DNA of 63,823 nucleotides, counting the filler, from Tortispora ganteri (Eukaryota), in the NCBI GenBank assembly GCA_003707115.1. It is 37 parts of 37 records of this genome, joined end to end, with 100 filler letters (N's around TTAATTAATTAA, not from the genome) between each part and the next. Parts side by side here need not be neighbours in the genome. Positions count along the whole stretch, not along the records: positions 1 to 1,875 come from PPNB01000149.1; positions 1,976 to 3,842 come from PPNB01000150.1; positions 3,943 to 5,801 come from PPNB01000151.1; positions 5,902 to 7,753 come from PPNB01000152.1; positions 7,854 to 9,702 come from PPNB01000153.1; 32 more parts are not named here. The stretch is one strand, 5' to 3'. Numbering within the stretch: the first letter of the stretch is position 1; each line of letters begins with the position of its first letter. Position numbers and translations under genes: made by a program. Shown here piece after piece: positions 1 to 9,802 of this stretch. Below the pieces are notes generated by a model. The model did not search any database, was not told where the DNA came from, and was given only the letters and a program-made list of their open reading frames with translations.

Positions 1-993
1 AGACGACGCTGATCCAGACGAGGCAGAGCCAGACGACGCTGAGCCGGAAGACAATGATCCAGACGAGGCAGAGCCAGACGAGGCAGAGCCAGAGGAAGCT
101 GAGCCAGACGACGCTGAGTTAGACGACGCTGAATTAGACGACGCTGAATTAGACGACGCTGAGTTAGACGACGCTGAGTTAGACGACGCTGAATTAGACG
201 ACGCTGATTCAGACGACACTGAGCCAGACGACACTGAGCCAGACGACGCTGAGCCAAAAGCAGAATTGGAACCTGTTCCAGAGCTAAAGCTAAAGCTAGA
301 CATAGATTCGTCAGATAAGGAAGAGCTCGACTCAGTAGGCGTAGGGTTAGCCGAAGCAGACGTGACAGTTGTATCAGCTGAAGTTGTAGTTATTAAAGAC
401 GAAGCAGATCTAATCTCTGGTGGTAAGACCGAATGAGGTAGAGAAGTGATCGTACGTGATCCGGCTGCCGGAGGCAGCAGTGTTCCGGAAGGAGGAATTG
501 TAGTTGTTATTATCACGGGTACTTCAATAGAGATATCTATATCTATCCTTATTGATATAGATACTTCCTCATAGTAAGACCAGACATAGGTACAGTCATT
601 AGTGACTAGAGGAGGAGAAGGGATACAGGATATAACAGTAGGAACGCACTGATTGCAATACCAACCTGTAGGGATAGTTTGATAGGGTGAGCATGAGTGA
701 TCATAAGCAGTTACCGGTGTAGCTTCAGGGACACCGCCTGCACCACCTGCAGTACCACCAGAAAAGACATTAGTGTATCCGAAATCATTTGGATTTCCAG
801 AGTCAGAGGCGTGAGAGGTGTATCCACGTCCATAGACTGTCGTGGTAGTGACAACAGGAGGATCGCAGACCAGGGTCTGCCACTCGGTGACGGTGCTCCA
901 TACGACGTTCTGCTCTTCCGGAATAGCTAGGGCTGCGGGATCTGCAGCCGGATGGGCTGCGCGCGCAGCGAGTGCATTCCACAAGTGAGGCAT
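1..993 (-). CDS. Adhesin-family gene, 5' part: Cys-rich N-terminal domain running into SSGSA/SSNSA stalk (runs off window start)
   Basis: Hand translation from ATG at 993: MPHLWNALAARAAHPAADPAALAIPEEQNVVWSTVTEWQTLVCDPPVVTTTTVYGRGY...AYDHSCSP...GWYCNQCVPTV...PPLVTNDCTYVWSYYEEVSISI..IEVPV, then Ser-rich 15-bp repeats. Aligns with 55193-56385 and 5902-6131. Absent from the ORF track because no stop is reached. Confidence 0.8.
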   Translation of the reverse strand, partial: MPHLWNALAARAAHPAADPAALAIPEEQNVVWSTVTEWQTLVCDPPVVTTTTVYGRGYTSHASDSGNPNDFGYTNVFSGGTAGGAGGVPEATPVTAYDHSCSPYQTIPTGWYCNQCVPTVISCIPSPPLVTNDCTYVWSYYEEVSISIRIDIDISIEVPVIITTTIPPSGTLLPPAAGSRTITSLPHSVLPPEIRSASSLITTTSADTTVTSASANPTPTESSSSLSDESMSSFSFSSGTGSNSAFGSASSGSVSSGSVSSESASSNSASSNSASSNSASSNSASSNSASSNSASSGSASSGSASSGSASSGSLSSGSASSGSASSGSASS

Positions 994-1875
994 AAGTCGC
1001 AGCGTACAGAGATAACGACGGATATGTTTTCAGTATCGATTGAAGTTGTTGCTTTGCCGAGTAGAAGAGGATGTCAATAGTACTAAAAATGATTAAGTGG
1101 CATTATCCGGCGAAAGCTATTCTTATAAGAGAGATAGAAAGTAAAATGACACTAGCAACTGAGAGAACGCCATTGCTCCAGTAGCTCGTAGCAGAACGAT
1201 TAGTACGAAACTATAATCTGTTCTATTAAAGCTTATTATTAAATAACTAGTACTAGTGGAAAGGTGCTAATGTACAAGCCAAAAATAGTAGTAGCAAAAG
1301 CTACATAGCTAGCCGTTCGCCGGGAATATTAATTTAGAATAATTAAATAAGCACGGCCATTTGAAAAGTATTTATACTGTAATTGGTGTGCTAAAAGTGG
1401 AGTTTAGCTGCGAATTTGTAGAAAAAATCGTCATACACGTCGCCACAATGTCAAAAGGTGAAGCGAGAAAGCGTGACAGTAGTAGTGCATCCGTGGCATT
1501 TAAGCGTCATTGGCCAGCACATAAAATAGAAATAATTTGAACCTTATACGTAATAAGGTTTTTTTTGAAAATAGACAGCCACGAAATAATATACAATTTG
1601 AAGCTTATAAGTTAAAAGGTTCCTTAAAAAAGTAGAATAGAGTTTGACTGTGCTAACTATGTAAAAGGTTTAGACGGGGTGGGCATGGCAACGGTACTAA
1701 TTTTAGACTGCACAGATGCGACCACCATTAAGTAGAAGCGGGCTGCTTAAATTAAAAATGCATGAATTCAAAGCCTCTATCGCGTAGAATCGGAAAAAAA
1801 AGAAAATCAAGTCCATATGATTCTAGTATAAGGACAATTTATTTTTCTGGTGATATAATCTAAACAAACTCTTAT

Positions 1876-1975
1876 NNNNNNNNNNNNNNNNNNNNNNNNN
1901 NNNNNNNNNNNNNNNNNNNTTAATTAATTAANNNNNNNNNNNNNNNNNNNNNNNNNNNNNNNNNNNNNNNNNNNN
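1876..1975. other. Artificial contig-joining spacer (first of 36 identical copies)
   Basis: N44-TTAATTAATTAA-N44 recurs 36 times, has stops in all six frames, and separates contigs ordered roughly by decreasing length. Confidence 0.98.
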
Positions 1976-3842
1976 TCTGGCTCAGCGTCGTCTAACTCAG
2001 CGTCGTCTAACTCAGCGTCGTCTAACTCAGCGTCATCTGGCTCAGCGTCGTCTAACTCAGCGTCGTCTAACTCAGCGTCGTCTAACTCAGCGTCATCCTC
2101 TGGCTCAGCGTCGTCTAACTCAGCGTCGTCTAATTCAGCGTCATCTGGATCAGCGTCATCTGGATCAGCGTCATCTGGCTCTGTCTCTTCTGGCTCTGCG
2201 TCATCTGGCTCAGCTTCCTCTGGCTCTGCCTCGTCTGGCTCTACCTCGTCTGGCTCTACCTCGTCTGTAGTGTCATCGTCTGTAGTGTCATCGTCTGGCT
2301 CTGCGTCATCCTCTGGCTCAGCGTCGTCTGGCTCAGCGTCGTCTAACTCAGCGTCATCCTCTGGCTCTGCCTCGTCTGGATCTGCTTCATCTGGCTCAGC
2401 GTCGTCTGAATCAGCCTCGTCTGGCTCTACCTCGTCTGGCTCAGCGTCTTCTGGTTCAGCGTCTTCTGGATCTGCGTCTTCTGGATCTGCCTCGTCTGAC
2501 TCAGCGTCATCCTCTGGCTCTGCGTCTTCTGGATCTGCCTCGTCTGAATCAGCGTCGTCTAATTCAGCGTCGTCTAACTCAGCGTCATCCTCTGGCTCAG
2601 CGTCGTCTGGCTCAGCGTCGTCTAATTCAGCGTCATCCTCTGGCTCAGCGTCGTCTAATTCAGCGTCATCCTCTGGCTCAGCATCGTCTGGCTCTGTCTC
2701 TTCTGGCTCTGCGTCCTCTGGCTCAGCATCGTCTGGCTCAGCATCGTCTGGCTCAGCATCGTCTGGCTCAGCATCGTCTGTAGTGTCATCGTCTGTAGTG
2801 TCATCGTCTGGATCAGTGTCGTCTGAATCAGCGTCGTCTAATTCAGCGTCGTCTAACTCAGCGTCGTCTAATTCAGCGTCGTCTAATTCAGCGTCGTCTA
2901 ACTCAGCGTCGTCTGGCTCAGCTTCCTCTGAATCTGCCTCGTCCGGATCTGCCTCGTCTGGATCTGCCTCGTCTGACTCAGCGTCATCCTCTGGCTCTGC
3001 GTCTTCTGGATCTGCCTCGTCTGACTCAGCGTCATCTAACTCAGCGTCATCTTCTGGCTCAGCGTCGTCTAATTCAGCGTCATCTGGATCAGCGTCATCT
3101 GGCTCAGCTTCCTCTGGCTCTGCCTCGTCTGGCTCTGCCTCGTCTGGATCAGCGTCATCTGGATCAGCGTCATCTGGATCTGCCTCGTCTGACTCAGCGT
3201 CATCCTCTGGCTCAGCGTCATCTGGATCTGCGTCGTCTGGCTCTGTCTCTTCTGGCTCTGCGTCATCTGGCTCTGCCTCGTCTGGCTCTACCTCGTCTGG
3301 CTCTACCTCGTCTGGCTCTACCTCGTCTGTAGTGTCATCGTCTGGCTCTGCGTCGTCCTCTGGCTCTGCGTCGTCTGGATCATTGTCTTCTGGCTCAGCG
3401 TCGTCTAATTCAGCGTCGTCTAATTCAGCGTCGTCTAATTCAGCGTCGTCTAATTCAGCGTCGTCTAATTCAGCGTCGTCTGGCTCTGCGTCGTCGTCTG
3501 GCTCTGCGTCGTCTGGATCATTGTCTTCTGGCTCAGCGTCGTCTAATTCAGCGTCGTCTAACTCAGCGTCGTCTGGCTCAGTGTCGTCTAATTCAGCGTC
3601 ATCCTCTGGCTCAGCGTCATCCTCTGGCTCTGCGTCATCTGGCTCAGCGTCTTCTGGCTCAGCGTCGTCTGGATCAGCGTCGTCTAACTCAGCATCCTCT
3701 GGCTCTGTCTCGTCTGGCTCAGTGTCGTCTGGCTCAGCGTCGTCTAACTCAGCGTCGTCTAACTCAGCGTCGTCTAACTCAGCGTCATCTGGCTCAGCGT
3801 CATCTGGCTCAGCGTCATCTGGCTCAGCATCCTCTGGCTCAG
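1976..3842 (+). CDS. Internal fragment of Ser-rich stalk (SSGSA/SSNSA pentapeptide, 15-bp tandem repeat)
   Basis: Open across the whole contig; same repeat follows the N-terminal domain at 1-260 (minus strand). Confidence 0.75.
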
Positions 3843-4260
3843 NNNNNNNNNNNNNNNNNNNNNNNNNNNNNNNNNNNNNNNNNNNNTTAATTAATTAANN
3901 NNNNNNNNNNNNNNNNNNNNNNNNNNNNNNNNNNNNNNNNNNTCAAGACCACTAAACGACGTTAATTCATTGTAAAGCTTTATATGACGATAAACATCAA
4001 TATTTTATAGTGATTCAGTAGCACCCGGAACGAGCTTTTCGAATTTCGCTAAGGTTATAAGTTGACGTGATATTGTTGTCATTCTTGTACTTTTATAGCT
4101 CCAGCACTGCGCCTTGTTTTTATAATAGCGACCTCAAGAGGTTTCTATATCAAATGCGCCAAGATAGCTAAAATTTGTCACTTGATAGTCAAGAGACACA
4201 GACGAGATGAATCCATCCATGTTATTGTTTAGCGCTATCATGGACTCGATATCTAAGTAA

Positions 4261-4488
4261 GGGTGGCGGGGGTTTTATATATATCGAATTACCATTTCGG
4301 GACGTCACGTGCTTATGATTATTCCCAATTCGGACCGTCCCAATCGGGAAATTATCTACACTCTATCCTATCCATCTAATCTCCGCTATCGCCGAGATTA
4401 GTCTCCATTCCCCTTCAATTTTTTTTCTCTCTCTCTACTCCCGTCCCCACACTCCTTGAAACGATCAATTTATAACTACAAATATAAA
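4261..4488. repeat. Conserved ~230-bp module directly downstream of adhesin stop codon
   Basis: Similar copies at 7641-7753, 45993-46250 and 60639-60863; contains GGGTGGCGGGGG, TATATA, CACGTG and two inverted repeats. Confidence 0.85.
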
Positions 4489-5799
4489 CTAGACATTAGA
4501 GTTGAAATAAATGTAAATCCAGCCCTGGGATCCACTGTAGAACACAAATCGCATCGGCGTCCACCCCTCCGACAATTGCTGATCAATATACCAAATGGAC
4601 CCTGAGTTCAATGGGTGCACGAGATTCCATCCACCACTTCCGATTGCCTCTATGTCCCCGCACCTCATCCCACTTTCCCCAACAAACATATACGCCAAGT
4701 AGTTAGGGAGCCCAAGGACATAGATTATCCGGTTCGGTCCCTGAACATATACCAGCACCTCTGTCACTTCATTCGGATTATTGTAGCGGATATTTATATA
4801 AGGCCCAGAAATTCTCACCATAACCTCTCTGGAATTCCCCACCCGGTACTTCCCATCGGCTACCTCCGTTCCATTGTACTGTGTAAGATCCACCGCCCAC
4901 TCTCGCGCCAGCAGCGTTTGCGACGGTGCGCACAGGCAAGCGTTTGACACTACTCCACAGCTGCTGCTACTCGAGGCGCTAGAACTCCACTGAGCTGAGC
5001 TGGATACGCTCGAACTGACACTCGAACTGACACTCGAACTGGGACTGGAACTCAAACTAGAACTCAAACTAGAGCTCAAACTAGAACTAGAACTAGAACT
5101 AGAACTAGAACTAGAACTAGAACTAGAACTAGAACTAGAACTAGAACTAGAACTCAAACTAGAACTCAAACTAGAACTAGAACTCAAACTAGAGCTCAAA
5201 CTAGAACTCAAACTAGAGCTCAAACTAGAACTCAAACTAGAACTCAAACTAGAACTCAAACTAGAACTAGAACTCAAACTAGAACTCAAACTAGAACTCA
5301 AACTAGAACTAGAACTCAAACTAGAACTAGAACTCAAACTAGAACTAGAACTCAAACTAGAACTAGAACTCAAACTAGAACTAGAACTCAAACTAGAACT
5401 AGAACTCAAACTAGAACTAGAACTCAAACTAGAACTAGAACTCAAACTAGAACTCAGACTAGAACTAGGCTCAACTGGCTCAGGTGATCCACTTGCAGAA
5501 CCATATACTGAAATAGCTATTGTCTCGCCACTGATGCTAGTGAACATCACACTCACGGTCACAAAGACTCCAGACTGACGCTTGAATTGACCCGCCGATC
5601 CCAAGCCCGCAACAGGAATCACTATACGAATTGGGAACAAATATCCACCGTCAAAGTCCACCGGAAAACTTGCCTTGAACCCATTAGAACTGTCCAGAGG
5701 GGCAGTCCCAGAAGTCCCAGAGGTACCAATAAGCTCCATGTTATCGCACCGCATGGCCAATTCACCCTCGTACACGTACGCATAAGTATCTGCAAAGTT
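4489..5799 (-). CDS. Adhesin-family gene, 3' part: partial PA14/GLEYA-like domain, poly-Ser linker, terminal PA14/GLEYA-like domain
   Basis: YAYVYEGELAMRC...GYLFPIRIV and YMFVGESGMRC...LSEGWTPMRFVFY resemble GxxAFxCC and GYYYPMKVVY of Flo/Epa PA14 domains; (AGTTCT)n linker; stop at 4489. Confidence 0.75.
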   Translation of the reverse strand, partial: NFADTYAYVYEGELAMRCDNMELIGTSGTSGTAPLDSSNGFKASFPVDFDGGYLFPIRIVIPVAGLGSAGQFKRQSGVFVTVSVMFTSISGETIAISVYGSASGSPEPVEPSSSLSSSLSSSSSLSSSSSLSSSSSLSSSSSLSSSSSLSSSSSLSSSSSLSSSSSLSSSLSSSLSSSSSLSSSLSSSLSSSLSSSLSSSLSSSLSSSSSLSSSLSSSSSSSSSSSSSSSSSSSSSSSSSLSSSLSSSLSSSPSSSVSSSVSSSVSSSAQWSSSASSSSSCGVVSNACLCAPSQTLLAREWAVDLTQYNGTEVADGKYRVGNSREVMVRISGPYINIRYNNPNEVTEVLVYVQGPNRIIYVLGLPNYLAYMFVGESGMRCGDIEAIGSGGWNLVHPLNSGSIWYIDQQLSEGWTPMRFVFYSGSQGWIYIYFNSNV

Positions 5800-5901
5800 A
5801 CNNNNNNNNNNNNNNNNNNNNNNNNNNNNNNNNNNNNNNNNNNNNTTAATTAATTAANNNNNNNNNNNNNNNNNNNNNNNNNNNNNNNNNNNNNNNNNNN
5901 N

Positions 5902-6131
5902 GGCGCGCATTGGTCGTCGTAGACAGTCGCACGTGTAGTACCAGACTCAGAAGTATACAAACGTCCGTAGACAGTAGAAGTTTCAACAGGTGGGCTGCAA
6001 ATGAGCGTGTTCGTTTCCACGATAGTACTGTATATTGTCTGTACCATAGAGAGCGATTGATGGCAAGAAGCCGCGCTTGCGCTTATTATAGCTGCTAGCA
6101 AAAACCATAATAAACTTGTTGCCGTCTTCAA
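5902..6131 (-). CDS. Adhesin-family gene, N-terminus with signal-peptide-like segment (partial; start codon uncertain)
   Basis: KTATSLLWFLLAAIISASAAS then ICSPPVETSTVYGR...ATVYDDQC matches the family N-terminal domain. First codon is TTG. Confidence 0.7.
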
Positions 6132-7640
6132 TGAAAACTTATCATTGTCTTATTCGGCATAGCCTTATTGACATTCTTCTAATCGCCGAATCCTGTCACA
6201 ATGCCTAAGTTTAAAGTTAACCTTGATTGGTTGCTGCGTATTTAGAGTTATTAGCATTGAGGCTAAAACACTTCAGCCTCAAACTCGTGCGCTCAATGTG
6301 CCGCAGAATGTAACTGGCAAAAATGCGCATTTACCGTCCAGCAACTTGCAGCGTAATCGATACTGGTTTTATTCTGAAAAAGCAAATCCATTGTAGATTG
6401 TTATGTCGTGGAAAGCATTGATCATTGATCAGTCAATGATGTGCACTGACCGTTGGCAAGTAAGGAGGAGTTTTTCCATAACTTAAATAAAGATCAAACT
6501 AAGCTCTGCTCAATAAGTATGTAGGTTTTATGCACGTTCAAGGTTTAGATCATTCATTTAATCTGAAAAAGGACATGCTTGAGGTTGCAGTAATTAAGTA
6601 ATTTTACAAATACTGCTCTCTTCGGTCCTATCGGAGCGCTTATTTCTATCAAAGTAAGTCGTTAATAGCTCTGAAAACCACGTCCTATCTTGCTGTTAGT
6701 CTCTAAGTAACTCCAAATCGCACAATCACATAATTGTTCATTGATGAGATTAATCGTTGAGGGAGACTCTTTCTCCTGATCATACATGATCACCCTTATT
6801 TCATAGACGCTTTGCATTGTTGATCTCTTCAGTTTCTTCGGTCTGGGAAACCAACACCAAAAATATAGCTCGCAATCTAATTGCGGTAACTAGCCTGACT
6901 GATAGCTGGATGTTCTGAGATTTAAGATATTTTAGCACTGCCTGCACTTCTTGGTTAATTAGTAAACTTAGCTCAAAATTTCATTAAGAGAAAAAATTGT
7001 AAGAGAAACTCTGTTGCACTTGCTTGTTCTTGCTTGTTCTTCAAGTAACGCAATTGCACTGCTTTGCAATACTCTGCTTTCGATACGCCATTGTACCCAT
7101 CTTCGATTCCAAGCATATCATCCTTCATACTCCCGCGTGCTATACAGTCGCCATACTGCAAGATTATAGACAGTTAATGAAATCCTCAATCTTTTTATAG
7201 TGCGATATGCCAATATCAAGGTTCACCAACTTCGTTGCGCTCTAGAATCTACCGAAAGCAAAATTTAAGAACCTTATTATCTGCTTGACCGACTGTGATC
7301 ATATTCGGCATGTACCGCTCAATGACTATTTTATAATACACCCTGCATTCCGTTCACTCGTTCAGCAACAAAGTATACAACCTTCTAGGCTCTGCTTCAA
7401 TGATTTACTGGTCCGCGAGCAATGCTGCCATGCTGCAATTCGCAGTTTGCAGTTTGCAGTTTGCACCACAGCTGTGGTTATCGCACTAGTGTCCTCTGGC
7501 TCATTTAATTAAATTTTAAGTTCACCTAGCATTAGTTTAGTAGGCTTTCCAAATACCGCACTTTTAGTATCGATAGTTTTGGCAATTCACGTAGACAATG
7601 CCTGCTCATTTACATTCAGTCAAACATGCATCAATAGTAG

Positions 7641-7753
7641 GGGTGGCGGGGGTTTTATATATATTGTATTTCTATTTCGGGACGTCAGGTGATCTATGTT
7701 TATTCCCAATTCGGACTGTCCCAATCGGGTAATTATCTACACTCTATCTTACC
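7641..7753. repeat. Copy of adhesin downstream module (overlaps end of contig 59609-60949 in reverse complement)
   Basis: 7555-7753 is the reverse complement of ~60751-60949. Confidence 0.85.
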
Positions 7754-8213
7754 NNNNNNNNNNNNNNNNNNNNNNNNNNNNNNNNNNNNNNNNNNNNTTA
7801 ATTAATTAANNNNNNNNNNNNNNNNNNNNNNNNNNNNNNNNNNNNNNNNNNNNCGCTCTGAGAGAGACTAGATGCGGACGATGCAATCGAGGACACTGAC
7901 GATGCAATTGAGCCAAGTGCAACTTCTTCTTTTGTGAATCTTGCCTGCATGCTATCGATTCGCGATATTTGCCGCGAAACTTGTGCTTTCTTGAGTTCTA
8001 ACGAGTCCATCGTTTGCGGATATGTCGAAGCTTGGGAGGTGTCAGTCAACTAACAGGAAGGGGTGATATCGGAACTGTCGAAATAAACTAGCAAAGAACA
8101 AAAAATAATAAATAATGAGTAACATAAATATAGTGCACCTAAATAAAACAGTAAAAATAATAACACATAGCTTCTTTGTTTGTTTGTTTGCTGACTTTTG
8201 GAAAATTCCGAAC

Positions 8214-8900
8214 CTATTCGTAAATGTCAGGACCGAGTTCAAACTTCAAGTTTGAGGTGCGACGCACCATTACGCGACCAGCGCTGCTTCTTCGTCGAGA
8301 CAAATCCATTAAACTGACATTTGAAGTTGACCTTTCAGCATAAATCGCATCTTGTGAATCAAAAAGAGGAGAACTTAGTCCGTTCCATTTCTCGCCAAAT
8401 TGAAGCTTCCTATCGGTATGCGACAAGTCACTGCCCAAAGACGAAAAGCTCGATTTCCGACTACCAGTAGTAGTAAATCGCGTATTATAGTCCAAATTTT
8501 CTCGTGGTAATCCCATTCCCGTTCTACTATATCTTCTATTCCTTTTTAAAAGTGTGAATAACCTTCTAAGCGCTGCAGATCTGTTTCCGGGATCATTCAG
8601 CCGACGGTATGATTCGGAATGAGCATCAGCAAATCTTTCGCGCGCTGCATTCACGGCATTTCGCGCTACAGACACTGGCGGGGAGTTTACATCTGCAATG
8701 GGCGAAATTATTGGTGCGTCTCGTACAATATCATAGGCATCCATCAGAGCCGCATCTTCTTCAGCAGACCAAAGGATACTGGAAGCATTACTGGCATCGG
8801 AATCAATAGAGGAATCAGAATAATATCCATCATTAATACGAAAATAAGAATCATCTGATATATTATCGTAAACTTGTAATTGAGGCGTCGTGACAGCCAT
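8214..8900 (-). CDS. Hypothetical protein with a Myb-like WSxEEDxxL motif; may splice on to 7854-8049
   Basis: 228-codon ORF with WSAEEDAALMDAY and NRSAALRRLFTLLKR; no family certain. Confidence 0.5.
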   Translation of the reverse strand: MAVTTPQLQVYDNISDDSYFRINDGYYSDSSIDSDASNASSILWSAEEDAALMDAYDIVRDAPIISPIADVNSPPVSVARNAVNAARERFADAHSESYRRLNDPGNRSAALRRLFTLLKRNRRYSRTGMGLPRENLDYNTRFTTTGSRKSSFSSLGSDLSHTDRKLQFGEKWNGLSSPLFDSQDAIYAERSTSNVSLMDLSRRRSSAGRVMVRRTSNLKFELGPDIYE

Positions 8901-9802
8901 CACGTTCTTTGAGTCTTTTGACAGATGATTAATCGGTTTCTTTGAATATTAATCTAAATAAAGAGGCCGAGATCTTGAATGAACGGTTTATTCTTGTTAA
9001 GGTTTGCGCGTTTCTGTTAGCCTTTTCTAGGAGTGCAAATGTTGATAATGTTGATAATCGCTATATATACTGCTGCATATTTCAAGATAATTATACTTGA
9101 TTCATCTTAAATTAATTTTAGAAGCACGTTAAAACAAATTGATTGTCTACATCATTGTCAAAAGGTGTTTCGTGGCATTTTATCATAGATGAGTGTAAAA
9201 ACCCCCCATATACAGCGATGCTCTTTTCCTCAATAATTTATCTAATTAGATCACCAAAGCTTGCGCTCTTAAAATTACACGTTAATTAAATAAATGACAT
9301 AAGAACCTTTTCCTAGTACGATAGCATAATGAATTAAAACAAATATGATGTTTTAGCAGTTATGACGATCTGAAACTAATCTAACGATCAGATCTTGTTG
9401 TCATGTCAACAGTTATTTGGCAAAAAAAAAACCGCGCGACAACAGCATGGCCTACTACTAGGAGTATCATTGGATTTTAAGATCAGCGAACAAGCCTCAT
9501 TCCGATTCCACTAGTTAAGATCAATTTAACTAAGGGTACGTTTGACTAGAAATCACGAAGCAATTTGAAATTGGGGTGCAGTATCTTGTTTGTGTTTTCT
9601 TAGATACGCCTCATTCTAAGTCCCTCTCTCCTACCTATCGGAACCGCTGTTACTTTAGCCGTAAATATCATCTCGGCGCTTAGAATCACTTACTTCATAT
9701 TTNNNNNNNNNNNNNNNNNNNNNNNNNNNNNNNNNNNNNNNNNNNNTTAATTAATTAANNNNNNNNNNNNNNNNNNNNNNNNNNNNNNNNNNNNNNNNNN
9801 NN

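Noticed and set aside
1876..1975. Regularly recurring TTAATTAATTAA palindrome
   Set aside because: Always centred in N runs; an assembly linker. ORFs ending X...LIN or X...N are truncated by it.
4489..4959. Diversity-generating retroelement as source of head variation
   Set aside because: No reverse transcriptase or template repeat visible; differences include an indel and C/T and G/C changes, not evidently adenine-restricted. Cannot be fully excluded without the genome.
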